A stretch of 64,000 nucleotides of DNA from Nitrospirota bacterium (lineage in GTDB: Bacteria; JACPQY01): assembly GCA_016180645.1 (NCBI GenBank), contig JACPAV010000013.1, forward strand, positions 1 through 64,000, written 5' to 3'. This document shows positions 8,762 to 18,166 of the stretch, piece by piece. How positions within the stretch are numbered: position 1 is the first letter of the stretch; every line of letters starts with the position of its first letter. Position numbers and translations under genes: made by a program. The notes beneath the pieces are model-generated. The model was not told the origin of the DNA. It did no database searches and was given only the letters and a program-made list of their open reading frames with translations.

Positions 8762-9733
8762 ATGCCCCAGGTTTCGCTTGAAGCGCGGGTAAGACAGGTC
8801 TTGAGCGAGGGAATGGACCTCCCGACGCTCCCCCAAGTGGCCGTGTCGGTTCTACAGGGAACCTCGAATGACGGCGCCTCGGTCCGCGAGGTGGCGGGCT
8901 ACCTGATGGTCGATCCTCCGCTCGCGGCACGAGTTCTGCGGGTGGTCAATTCCAATGTCTATGAACTCCGCGACAAAGTCGGCTCCATCTCTCAGGCGAT
9001 GATGGTGCTTGGACTGGAACGGATCCGCGACATCGTGTTGAGCCTGACCGTCATTCCGGCGTTCGACCTCGATCACGGACGGATCGGCCTGGATCGGGAG
9101 ATGTTCTGGCGTCACTCCACGGCCACGGCGTTTTTGGCGAGGACACTCAGTTGCGCTCTGGGGCTGCGCCGGGAAGGTGAGGCGTTTGCCGCAGGCCTCC
9201 TTCACGACCTCGGTTATCTTTTCCTCGACCATTATTTCCACCGCGAGTTGGCGCGAGCGTACGAGAAAGCCATGGTGGACCGCGTGTCACTCCTCACGGC
9301 CGAGCAGGTTCTGTTCGGCACCGACCACGCCGCGGCAGGCGGGCTGCTTGCCTCCACCTGGCAGTTTCCGGGAGGAATGGTGGATGTCCTCATCCATCAT
9401 CACCGGCCCGACCGGGCCAGAGTCGAAAAACGCCTATGCGCGATCGTTTCGCTGGCCGATCTCCTCGCCGAGCTTTCGGGAAAGGCCGGCATCGGGGAAA
9501 TCAGCGGGAGCGCCCGGTTGGAGGATCAGCCGGCGTGGCAGATGCTGAGAAAGCCGCTTTCGGAAATCGCCCACATCGGGCCGGACCAGTTCGAACGGAT
9601 CGTGGCGGACTCGATCCGTTCGGCCACCGAGTTCTTCAGCGTGATGGGGTCCGATGGTCTCCCGGGGAAGCTGAGCGCATCCGGGCCACGACTCGCCCGA
9701 TCCGCCGCAGATAGTACAGATATACATGTCTGA
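8762..9733 (+). CDS. HDOD domain protein
   Basis: LPTLP, DPPLAARVLRVVNS, FWRHS, AGLLHDLG, HHH. Confidence 0.92.
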   Translation: MPQVSLEARVRQVLSEGMDLPTLPQVAVSVLQGTSNDGASVREVAGYLMVDPPLAARVLRVVNSNVYELRDKVGSISQAMMVLGLERIRDIVLSLTVIPAFDLDHGRIGLDREMFWRHSTATAFLARTLSCALGLRREGEAFAAGLLHDLGYLFLDHYFHRELARAYEKAMVDRVSLLTAEQVLFGTDHAAAGGLLASTWQFPGGMVDVLIHHHRPDRARVEKRLCAIVSLADLLAELSGKAGIGEISGSARLEDQPAWQMLRKPLSEIAHIGPDQFERIVADSIRSATEFFSVMGSDGLPGKLSASGPRLARSAADSTDIHV

Positions 9734-12362
9734 CCCCAAGGCCCCCCCCAAGGCCCCCTCCAAGGCCCCCTTGGGCGCGGAGGCTGAAGGGATCCCGTCT
9801 GTGGCGCACTTGTTTGTCCTGGCCCTGCTTACCGTTTTCTTTACGGAAGTGGCCGTCATGTTCGTACTCGCCAGGACGGAGTGGTTCTCCGGATTCGTGC
9901 AGAACGCCTTGGCCGATGCCTTCCTCCTGACCTTGGTCGCATCTCCCTTTCTGGCGTATTTGATCGTTCGGCCTCTGAGATCCGCTCTCCTGGTGGAGCA
10001 GGACCGATCGGCGTTGGTGGTGAAGCATGCGCGGGACGCCATCATCGTGGCCGATGTGCGGGGGAGAATCGTCTCATGGAACCCGGAAGCGGAAGGCATG
10101 TTCGGGTACTCCGCGGGGGATGCCATAGGGAACCTGCTGACGATGGTCATCCCGGAACGGTTTCGCGCGGCGCACGAGGACGGCATGCGGCGCGCGGCCA
10201 ACAGCGTGTCGTCGGCGCTCCAGGATGGCGGCAAGCCCGTTGAAATGTGGGGAATGAAGCAGAATGGTACGGAGTTTCCGGTTGAACTCACCCTGGCGCG
10301 CGGAGGGTCCCATATTGTGGGCGTGCTGCGGGATATCACGAAGCGCAGGAAGGCCGAGGATGAATCGGCGCTTCTTAGGGATGTGGCCGTGGGAATCGCG
10401 GAGGCTGAATCCGTGGAGGACGCTTTTCGGGTCGTTTTGCGAAAGGTCATGGAGGCGACGGGATGGTCCTACAGCGAGGCGTGGAGCCTCTCGGATCACG
10501 GCGAATGGCTGGAGTGCCGGGCGGTATGGCCCATGGGCGACGATCGGTTCACTGCCTTGGAGAAAGAGGCGAGAGGGCTTCAATGCCGAATGGGGCGGGG
10601 GCTGCCGGGCATGGCGTGGGCATCGGCGGAACCGATCATGACGGAAGACCTCACCACGGATCCAGCATTGATTCGGATGAACGCTGTCACCGCGGCCGGT
10701 TTGAAAGGCGCGGTGGCGTTGCCCTCGCTTTCGGGAAACAAGGTGATTGGTGTGCTGGTCTTCTTTACGGCAGCCGGGGCGCGGCTGGATTCGGGCGAGG
10801 TGGAGAGTCTCCTTCCGATCGCGGCCCAGGCGGGGACGCTCATGGACAGGAAACGATCGGACGAGATGCTTCGGACACTCTCCGGCACGATGGCCCAGGC
10901 CGCGGACCCGATCGTCCTCACGGATCGGGAGGGAAGGATCGAATATGTCAATCCCGCCTTCGAGGAACTTACCGGTTGGAGCGGGGAGGAAGTGCTCGGC
11001 CAGACGCCCCGCGTATTGAGGTCGGGGAAGCATGATCTTCGGTTTTACGAATCCCTTTGGTCGACCATTCTGGCGGGCGGCGTTTTCCGGGGAGAATTCC
11101 TGAACAAGAAGAAGAACGGAGAACCTTACAACTACCAACAGACCATCAGCCCGGTCTTGAATTCGTCGGGCGAGGTCACGGGTTTCATTGCGACGGGAAA
11201 GGACATGACCCAGACCAAGCGCCTGGAGGGGGAGCGGGAGAGAGTGAGCAAGCTGGAGTCGGTCGGAGTGCTGGCGGGCGGGATCGCGCACGATTTCAAC
11301 AATATTCTGACGGCGGTGATCGGCAATATCTCGGTCGCCAAGCGCGAGGTGGGTGACGGGACGGACCTTCACGCGATCCTTTCCGAGGCCGAATCGGCCT
11401 CTCGGAGGGCAAAGGCCCTGACGCAACAGCTTCTCACCTTCGCTCGCGGCGGCGCGCCCGTGCGGCGAGTGGTGAATCTGGCCAAACCGATCCGTTCAAG
11501 TTCCGAATTGATGTTGTCGGGATCGAGTGCCCGATGCGAATTCAGCGTTCCGGCCGATTTGTGGCCGGCGGAAGTGGACCCAGGGCAGATCCAACAGGTC
11601 ATGCAGAATCTGGTGGCCAATGCCGTTCAAGCCATGCCGCCGGGAGGCACTGTCAGAGTGTCGCTGAGAAACGTGGAGGCCTCCGGAACGGTTGGAACGG
11701 GATTGGCGCCGGGCCGGTATGTGGAATTGGGCGTGAGCGACACGGGTTCGGGGATCGCCCCTGAACATTTGCCCAAGGTGTTTGATCCTTACTTCACCAC
11801 GAAATCCACGGGCAGCGGATTGGGCTTGGCCGTCTGCCACTCGATTGTGAAAAATCACGGCGGGCACATCGAGATCCAATCCGAGGTAGGTCGAGGGACA
11901 ACCGTGAAAGTCTGGCTGCCGGCGACCGACAAAATTCCCACACCGCATTCGCGGGCATCGGTTGAAGTGATGCGGGGGAAGGGCAGAGTGTTGGTCATGG
12001 ATGACGAGGCGCCTGTTCGCTCCGTCGCGGCCCGAATGCTGAAATCGCTTGGCTACGAGGTGGAAGTGGCGGCCGACGGGAAACAGGCGATCGAGTTGTA
12101 CTCGCGACATCTGGGCAACGGGGGATCGTTTGATGTGGTCCTGATGGATCTGACGGTTCCCGGGGGAATGGGGGGGAAGGAGGCGATGGCAAGGATTTTG
12201 GAAATCAATCCCGCGGTCACCGCGGTCGTCTCCAGCGGCTACTCTGAAGATCCCGTACTGGCGGAATTCAAGTCCTACGGTTTCCGCGGTCGTGTGGCCA
12301 AGCCATACACGCTGGAGGAACTGGGAAGGGTGCTGCATGAGGTCCAGAGGAATGTGAAGTAG
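9726..12362 (+). CDS. Membrane PAS-GAF-PAS hybrid histidine kinase (CckA-like) with receiver
   Basis: Two TM segments, PAS motifs, AGGIAHDFNNIL, FDPYFTTK, GSGLGL, VMDDE receiver. Confidence 0.93.
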   Translation: MSDPKAPPKAPSKAPLGAEAEGIPSVAHLFVLALLTVFFTEVAVMFVLARTEWFSGFVQNALADAFLLTLVASPFLAYLIVRPLRSALLVEQDRSALVVKHARDAIIVADVRGRIVSWNPEAEGMFGYSAGDAIGNLLTMVIPERFRAAHEDGMRRAANSVSSALQDGGKPVEMWGMKQNGTEFPVELTLARGGSHIVGVLRDITKRRKAEDESALLRDVAVGIAEAESVEDAFRVVLRKVMEATGWSYSEAWSLSDHGEWLECRAVWPMGDDRFTALEKEARGLQCRMGRGLPGMAWASAEPIMTEDLTTDPALIRMNAVTAAGLKGAVALPSLSGNKVIGVLVFFTAAGARLDSGEVESLLPIAAQAGTLMDRKRSDEMLRTLSGTMAQAADPIVLTDREGRIEYVNPAFEELTGWSGEEVLGQTPRVLRSGKHDLRFYESLWSTILAGGVFRGEFLNKKKNGEPYNYQQTISPVLNSSGEVTGFIATGKDMTQTKRLEGERERVSKLESVGVLAGGIAHDFNNILTAVIGNISVAKREVGDGTDLHAILSEAESASRRAKALTQQLLTFARGGAPVRRVVNLAKPIRSSSELMLSGSSARCEFSVPADLWPAEVDPGQIQQVMQNLVANAVQAMPPGGTVRVSLRNVEASGTVGTGLAPGRYVELGVSDTGSGIAPEHLPKVFDPYFTTKSTGSGLGLAVCHSIVKNHGGHIEIQSEVGRGTTVKVWLPATDKIPTPHSRASVEVMRGKGRVLVMDDEAPVRSVAARMLKSLGYEVEVAADGKQAIELYSRHLGNGGSFDVVLMDLTVPGGMGGKEAMARILEINPAVTAVVSSGYSEDPVLAEFKSYGFRGRVAKPYTLEELGRVLHEVQRNVK

Positions 12363-12385
12363 GCCGGGATGGTGCGATCTTGGCT

Positions 12386-12526
12386 GAGATTGCTTCGCTT
12401 CGCTCGCAATGACGGATGGCACGTGTCATTGCGAGGCCATGGTCCATGCCGCGCCATCCTTGGCGCGGCCACATATCATGGCCCCATGCCATCCGTGGCA
12501 AGGGGAGTCCTCGACGAAGCAATCTC
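12386..12526. repeat. GTCATTGCGAG-type palindromic doublet, interrupted by a 69-nt element
   Basis: Outer GAGATTGCTTCG / CGAAGCAATCTC inverted arms. Confidence 0.85.
12437..12505 (-). mobile_element. 69-nt twin GGA-hairpin element, family A
   Basis: Removal restores GTCATTGCGAGGAGTCCTCGACGAAGCAATCTC; GG duplicated at the ends. Confidence 0.8.
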
Positions 12527-15500
12527 ATGAATAGAGACGGTAAGCTGACCTCGCGCCGATTGGCCGAGCGGGCGTACACGTTCCTCTCCGAGAACGCCGT
12601 GGACGTGGCGGTGGTGGTGGATGCCGAGGGGCGCGTCAAATACGTCAGCCCGTGGATCAAGCGGCTGTTCGGCTACGACCCGGAAGCGTTGATCGGAGTC
12701 AGCGGTCTGTCGGTGGTGCATCCGGACGATCACCCCGTCGCCCTCACCGCTCTCCAACAGGGTGTCCGGAAGGTCGGACCGCAACCGCTCCTCGAACTAC
12801 GCGTTCGACGGGCGGATGGATCCTTCGCACACGTGGAGGTTGCCTCCCGCAACTGTCTGGACGATCCCGAGATCAACGGATTCGTGGTCCTGTTCCGGGA
12901 CATCTCACGGTACAGAGAGGCTCAAACGGGCGCGGAGCAGCAAGAGGCGGAGCGGAAGCGACTGTTGACCGCCCTCGAAATGACGGCGGACAGCGTGGTG
13001 GTCTCGGACATCACGGGAACGATTGTCTACGCCAACAAGGCCACGGCCGCCATGTGGGGAGCGGGAAACGCCTCAGAACTGATCGGGCGTAATTCGTTCG
13101 ATCTGATCGCCCCTGAAGACATTGAGTCCGCCCTCGCCGGGATGCAGGAGACGCTCAAACGCGGGATCCTTCTCAACCGGACCTACCGGGTGGTCACGAA
13201 ACACGGCAGTCGAGTCCCCGTTGAAATGACCGCCGCCCTGATCCGGGACGATTCCGGGAATCCCTCCGGCTTCGTCGGCATCAGCCGGGACGTGACCGAG
13301 CGGGAGACGGCGGCCGCCTCCCGGCGGGAGAGCGAACTGAAATACTGGCACCTATTCGAGACGATTCCTGACGCCCTGATGATCGCAGATGCGGCGACAC
13401 GCCGGATCGTGGAGGCAAACCCGGCCGCCGAATCACTGTTCGGCTATTCCCGGGAGGAGCTTGTCGGAATGAACATGACCGGCATCTCGGCCGAACCGGA
13501 GGCCACGACCGAGGCCATCGGGGCAATTTTGGAAGGCCGGTTGTCCCGAGTTCCCCATCGGATCTTTCAGCGCAAAGATGGCAGCCGGTTCGAGGCGGAG
13601 ATCGCCGTGGGAATGTTCGAATCGGCCGGGCAGAAGTATGTCCTCGGCCACTTCAGAGACATCAGCAGCCGCCTTCGGGCGGAGGAATCGCTGCGGCTCA
13701 GTGAAGCCCGGTTCCGCAGGATGGCGGAAACGGCGCCGGATATCGTGATGGAAGGGAATCCACTGTCCGGCATCGAGTACATCAACGGCCGGGTGTTCGA
13801 CGTCCTCGGTTACAAACCCGAAGAAATAATCGGACAGATCGGATTCCTGGCGTCGAAAATCCATCCGGACGACATACCGATCTTCATCGAATCGCTCCAA
13901 ACCTTGGGATCGAAATCGGAGAAAGAGAATGCCGTATCGCAACTGCGGGTCATGCGGAAAGACGGCGGATACGTCGTTGTCGAGCTCCGGTTCACCGCCC
14001 TCTGGGACGAACAACGGGAACGCCTGCTGATTCTCCAAGCGGTTGCCCGGGACATCACGGAGCGGAAGCGCGCCGAATCGGCGTTGCAGGAAAGTTCTAT
14101 CCAGTACAGGGCGGTCGTCGGCCAGTCCCGCGATCCCATCTATATCTACGAGCCGTCCACTCTGCGTGTCATCGACGCCAACGCGGCTTTTCTCCATCTT
14201 CTGGGATACACGGGCGAGGACTGCGGCGATCTCACGCTCCCCCATTTCGTGGATCACTCCGTGGAGAGCATCCGGGGATTTCTGGAGGTTGTTCTGAAAC
14301 GGGGGTCGCTTACCATCGGGGAGCGCACGTGGAAACGGAAAGATGGGAGTCGGGTTCCCGTGCACGTTTACATCAGCCGGATCCGGAGGGAGTCGGGGGA
14401 CCTGATTTTCGTGATGGCCCATGACCTGACCGAACAGAAACGTATGGAAGCCGAACGGATCAAGTGGAGCAAACTGGAGTCCATCGGCGTTCTTGCCGGC
14501 GGGATTGCGCATGACTTCAACAACGTGCTCACCGCGGTTCTGGGCAACGTCACCTATGCGAAGCGGGACTCCGTGGCGGGCAGTGAACAGGAGGACGTTC
14601 TCCTCGAAGCGGAACGCGCCTGCCTTCGCGCGAAACATCTTACCCGGCAACTTCTGACTTTTGCTCGGGGGGGCGCTCCCATGAAACAACCGACGGACAT
14701 TGCGCGCCTCGTCGAGGAATCCGCCCGAATGGCCGGAAGCGGATCCAGAGTGAAGCTTCGGACATGGTTGGAGCCGGGCTTGAATCCGGCGGACGCGGAC
14801 CCCGGCCAGATCGGGCAGGCGGTCCAGAATCTGGTGCTCAATGCGGTTCAGGCCACGCCCAATGGGGGAGTGGTGGAGGTCCGCGCGGAAAACATCCTCG
14901 GCCGGTCGCCCCTCGAGCCGGAGTCGGGGGAGAGGCCGTTTGTGAAAATCTCCGTTCAGGATTGGGGAGAGGGGATTCCGCCGGAGCATCGCGATCGGAT
15001 CTATGACCCCTATTTCACGACGAAGCCGGGCGGAACCGGATTGGGTCTGGCCACCGTCCATTCCATCGCGCAGCGGCACGGCGGGCACCTGGAAGTGCGT
15101 TCGGAGGTGGGCGCGGGGACCACCGTTGAGATGTTCATTCCGACCTCCACGGGCATGCCGGAGCCGGTGGAATCTTCCTCGCGCGAATTGAATCGCGGGA
15201 CGGGAAGGATTCTCCTCATGGACGATGAGCGCGATGTGCGGACTACGCTGAGTCGAATCCTGAAGCGTCTGGGCTACCGGGTGCGTCTCTCGCGGGAAGG
15301 GGCGCAGGCCCTGGAGATCTACCGAGGCGCGCTCGTCCGGGGGCGAAAGTTCGATGCGGTGATCACGGATCTCACCGTGCCGGGCGGCATGGGAGGCGCC
15401 GAGCTGATCGTTCAGCTCCTCCGGATGGATCCGTCGGCACGCGCCATCGTATCGAGCGGATATTCGGGGGATCCCGTTCTTGCCCGGTTCGGAGAGTACG

Positions 15501-15583
15501 GCTTCAAGGCGTTCCTCGCGAAGCCCTACCGGATGGAGGAGGTGGGGCGGACGCTCAAGGAAGTCCTGAGTGCTGGGGACTGA
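12527..15583 (+). CDS. Cytoplasmic multi-PAS (about 5) hybrid histidine kinase with receiver
   Basis: Repeated PAS/PAC (RDIT/RDIS) motifs, AGGIAHDFNNVL, GTGLGL, LMDDE; start taken after the repeat. Confidence 0.93.
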   Translation: MNRDGKLTSRRLAERAYTFLSENAVDVAVVVDAEGRVKYVSPWIKRLFGYDPEALIGVSGLSVVHPDDHPVALTALQQGVRKVGPQPLLELRVRRADGSFAHVEVASRNCLDDPEINGFVVLFRDISRYREAQTGAEQQEAERKRLLTALEMTADSVVVSDITGTIVYANKATAAMWGAGNASELIGRNSFDLIAPEDIESALAGMQETLKRGILLNRTYRVVTKHGSRVPVEMTAALIRDDSGNPSGFVGISRDVTERETAAASRRESELKYWHLFETIPDALMIADAATRRIVEANPAAESLFGYSREELVGMNMTGISAEPEATTEAIGAILEGRLSRVPHRIFQRKDGSRFEAEIAVGMFESAGQKYVLGHFRDISSRLRAEESLRLSEARFRRMAETAPDIVMEGNPLSGIEYINGRVFDVLGYKPEEIIGQIGFLASKIHPDDIPIFIESLQTLGSKSEKENAVSQLRVMRKDGGYVVVELRFTALWDEQRERLLILQAVARDITERKRAESALQESSIQYRAVVGQSRDPIYIYEPSTLRVIDANAAFLHLLGYTGEDCGDLTLPHFVDHSVESIRGFLEVVLKRGSLTIGERTWKRKDGSRVPVHVYISRIRRESGDLIFVMAHDLTEQKRMEAERIKWSKLESIGVLAGGIAHDFNNVLTAVLGNVTYAKRDSVAGSEQEDVLLEAERACLRAKHLTRQLLTFARGGAPMKQPTDIARLVEESARMAGSGSRVKLRTWLEPGLNPADADPGQIGQAVQNLVLNAVQATPNGGVVEVRAENILGRSPLEPESGERPFVKISVQDWGEGIPPEHRDRIYDPYFTTKPGGTGLGLATVHSIAQRHGGHLEVRSEVGAGTTVEMFIPTSTGMPEPVESSSRELNRGTGRILLMDDERDVRTTLSRILKRLGYRVRLSREGAQALEIYRGALVRGRKFDAVITDLTVPGGMGGAELIVQLLRMDPSARAIVSSGYSGDPVLARFGEYGFKAFLAKPYRMEEVGRTLKEVLSAGD

Positions 15584-15603
15584 GGGCCGAGGGGGAATCG
15601 AGG

Positions 15604-15726
15604 GTAGCCGCAGGCCATGTTAAATGCCGCGCCGTCCTGGGCGCGGCGACATCGCATGGCCCCATACCCTCCGTGGCATGGGGCTTCAGCCTGCGTTTCG
15701 GACGCGGGCATAAAGCCCGCGCCTAC
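15604..15726. repeat. GTAG-type REP doublet (second subfamily), interrupted by a 69-nt element
   Basis: GTAGCCGCAGG..CTTCAGCCTGCG..CGCGGGCATAAAGCCCGCGCCTAC; sister copy at 32691-32814. Confidence 0.82.
15615..15683 (-). mobile_element. 69-nt twin GGA-hairpin element, family A
   Basis: Removal restores the perfect hairpin CGCAGGC-TTCA-GCCTGCG. Confidence 0.82.
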
Positions 15727-15801
15727 CCAGATGGATGATCTCAGGGCCCAGGACTGAGTAGCCTCGTTGAGTTTTCACATCGGAATGGTTACTCTCTGTC
15801 C

Positions 15802-16491
15802 GTGCCTTTCGACGACTCGGTGATCCCTCACATTGCCCACGATCTCCAGAACCCACTCACTTCCATTCAAGGCTACGCACAGATGATTCTGATGACACAA
15901 GGGGATCAACTGCCTGCGGATGCGCACCGGAACTTAGAAACCGTCCTGCTCTCGTGCGCACAGCTCCGGCGGATGATTCTGACTTTCTCCTACCTTTCTC
16001 AGATCCAATCGGCGGGATTCGAGCTCCAATGGGCCGAAACATCGGCCGACGGCCTGGTGAACAAGGCTGTGGAGGCGATGGCGGGCTACGCCGAAATGCA
16101 AAAAAAGCGCTTGCTCACGGAAACGTCCGCCCCGAACCCGCTTCGAGTCGATGTGGTGCTGCTGGATCTGGCTCTTCAGAACGCGATTGCCAACGGCCTC
16201 GCGCGGGTGAGAGGTGGAGGGGAGGTGCGGGTCCGATCCTGCGAGAAGGCGGGAGGGGTGTGCGAGATCTCGATCGAGGAGGCCGGCCCGGTGATTTCCG
16301 CGGAATTCCGCGATGCGATGTTTGACGCGGCGCAGGTGGATCGAATCAAGCGGGCGGGACTTAAGACGGATCGTGCGCTTGGCCTCGTCCTGTTCAAGAG
16401 GGTGGCCGAGTTGCACCGCGGCTCCGTCGGCATCGAGTCGAGCGAAACGCAGACGAGAATCTGGATGTTCCTTCCGGTGAAGAGGGATTGA
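15802..16491 (+). CDS. Sensorless histidine kinase-like protein with degenerate ATPase motifs
   Basis: AHDLQNPL H-box; EEAGP and DRALGL replace the canonical G1/G2 boxes. Confidence 0.8.
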   Translation: MPFDDSVIPHIAHDLQNPLTSIQGYAQMILMTQGDQLPADAHRNLETVLLSCAQLRRMILTFSYLSQIQSAGFELQWAETSADGLVNKAVEAMAGYAEMQKKRLLTETSAPNPLRVDVVLLDLALQNAIANGLARVRGGGEVRVRSCEKAGGVCEISIEEAGPVISAEFRDAMFDAAQVDRIKRAGLKTDRALGLVLFKRVAELHRGSVGIESSETQTRIWMFLPVKRD

Positions 16492-17436
16492 ATGGGCGGT
16501 GCGCCCCAATTATCGGTTCATGGCTCGCCAGCACCTTCGGTGCTGGTGGCGGACGACGACGAATCCGTTCTTACCCTTCTGGGCGACGTGCTCACGCAGA
16601 TGGGGCTTCGGGTGGTGAAAGCGCGGGGCGGGATCGAGGCGATGGCCATGTTCCGAAAGGAGCGGCCGGATCTCGTGATCCTGGATATCGACATGTCGCC
16701 GCCGGACGGCGTGGAAATCTGCCGTCGAATTAAGTCCGACCCGGTGACCGCCCTGACCCCCGTAGTCATGGTGACGGGGGTGGGGACGTCCAAGGAGAAG
16801 CTCAAATCCTTCGAGTACGGCGCAGATGCATACTTTGAGAAGCCCGTGAATCTGTGGGAGTTGCAGGCCCGACTCAAAGGACTGCTGAGGACGAAGAAAT
16901 TGACGGATCATTTGCGGGAGCGCAAGGGTGGGGGCGATCTTGGCCCAAGAGTCCCGGTTCCATCACCTGTCCTCCTGACACCCTCTCCCGCCGGCGGGAG
17001 AGGGGGAGGGGTGAGGGTGTCCACGGCGCGAGGTGAATCCAGCGCGGCGTCTTCCGGGGAATCGGGATTGAAAATCCTCATCGCCGAGGACGAAGCGGCC
17101 ACCTTGGATCTGCTTCGTTCGTTTTTCCAGACCAAAGGGTATGAGGTGGCTCTGGCGGAAGACGGCAAGGAGGCGCTGGCCCGGTTCAAGCCGGGAACGT
17201 TCGCCGCCGTTCTTCTGGATGTGAACATGCCGGGCTTGAGCGGCCTCCAGGCGCTCGAAGAAATCCGCCGCCAGGACGCGCACGTGCCGGTGGTCATGCT
17301 TACCGCGGTGCGGGACAGGACGGTGGCTCATAAGGCGATCGACCTGGGGGCGAATGACTACATCCTCAAACCGTTCAACCTCGAGGCCCTGGAGAAAAAC
17401 CTCATCGTCAAGATCTTGATGAATGAATTTGCGTGA
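16492..17436 (+). CDS. Tandem receiver-receiver protein with a repeat-derived linker
   Basis: Two receiver domains (VADDD..LDIDM..EKP; IAEDE..LDVNM..LKP). Confidence 0.88.
   Translation: MGGAPQLSVHGSPAPSVLVADDDESVLTLLGDVLTQMGLRVVKARGGIEAMAMFRKERPDLVILDIDMSPPDGVEICRRIKSDPVTALTPVVMVTGVGTSKEKLKSFEYGADAYFEKPVNLWELQARLKGLLRTKKLTDHLRERKGGGDLGPRVPVPSPVLLTPSPAGGRGGGVRVSTARGESSAASSGESGLKILIAEDEAATLDLLRSFFQTKGYEVALAEDGKEALARFKPGTFAAVLLDVNMPGLSGLQALEEIRRQDAHVPVVMLTAVRDRTVAHKAIDLGANDYILKPFNLEALEKNLIVKILMNEFA
16981..17019. repeat. CCCTCTCCC..GGGAGAGGG..GGGGTGAGGG palindromic repeat, in frame
   Basis: Related copies at 44492-44538 and, inverted, 48553-48592. Confidence 0.7.
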
Positions 17437-17449
17437 AGGAGCGAACCTT

Positions 17450-18139
17450 ATGAGACGAATCATGGTCATCGATGACGATCCACAGATTGTGGATATGCTG
17501 AAACAGTTTCTCCTGGCTCGGAACTACGACGCGGTGGGGTATGACAGGGCTCTCGACGGCATCCGCGCCCTTGCCGATGTTAAGGTCGACGCGATCATCA
17601 CGGACATCGTCATGCCCGGAATGGACGGGATTGAATTCCTGCGCGCCGTGCGCAATGTGGCGCCCGAGATTCCGGTGCTCCTGATCACGGCCTTTCCCAA
17701 GATGGATTTCGTGCGCAAGGCGCTCGAACACGGCGCGGTTGATTTCCTGTCCAAGCCGCTCAATCTGATCCAGCTCGAACAGGCCGTCAAGAAAATGCTG
17801 GAGCGCACCGATGTGCCCGAGACCGCCAAGCTGTCCTGGAAGGAAAAGAGACTCTCCAAAAAGATCCACAAGCGGATGCAGGAGAAGGAAATCCGCAATC
17901 TGGAAGTTCTCGCCCGGATCAAATGGAAGCTCTGGGATGCCACGGAGGATTTCAGGAAACACCCCGTGTTCTACCTGGGCGCGGTCCTCCTTAGCGCGAG
18001 CCTCCTCTGGGTGGTGGCGGAGGTGACGCAGCGGGCGTCGGCAGCGCGTCAGGACCCCAATTCCCTACCGAGTCTGCTCCGCCGTGCGGTGGAGGCCCTG
18101 GAAAAGGACAACGAGCTGGATTCGACCCGGCCCCGGTAG
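17450..18139 (+). CDS. Response regulator with a C-terminal membrane-anchored domain of unknown function
   Basis: VIDDD..TDIVMPG..SKP; AAGGAG RBS; paralog of 7973-8752. Confidence 0.87.
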   Translation: MRRIMVIDDDPQIVDMLKQFLLARNYDAVGYDRALDGIRALADVKVDAIITDIVMPGMDGIEFLRAVRNVAPEIPVLLITAFPKMDFVRKALEHGAVDFLSKPLNLIQLEQAVKKMLERTDVPETAKLSWKEKRLSKKIHKRMQEKEIRNLEVLARIKWKLWDATEDFRKHPVFYLGAVLLSASLLWVVAEVTQRASAARQDPNSLPSLLRRAVEALEKDNELDSTRPR

Positions 18140-18166
18140 CGCACGCGGCCGGCCGAGACGACGACG

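Noticed and set aside
9733-9775. 12-nt CCAAGGCCCCC tandem (KAPP/KAPS), and a similar short duplication near 57308-57330
   Set aside because: Short slippage duplications in flexible N-termini, with no further signal.
12416-12526. N-terminal extension of the multi-PAS kinase
   Set aside because: It is translation through intergenic repeats; ATG 12527 is more plausible.
16489-16494. TGA read-through fusing the kinase (15802) to the in-frame receiver pair (16492)
   Set aside because: The codon is not at a Cys position, an ATG with a purine-rich upstream tract follows immediately, and the nearby hairpin is too small and too close to be a SECIS.
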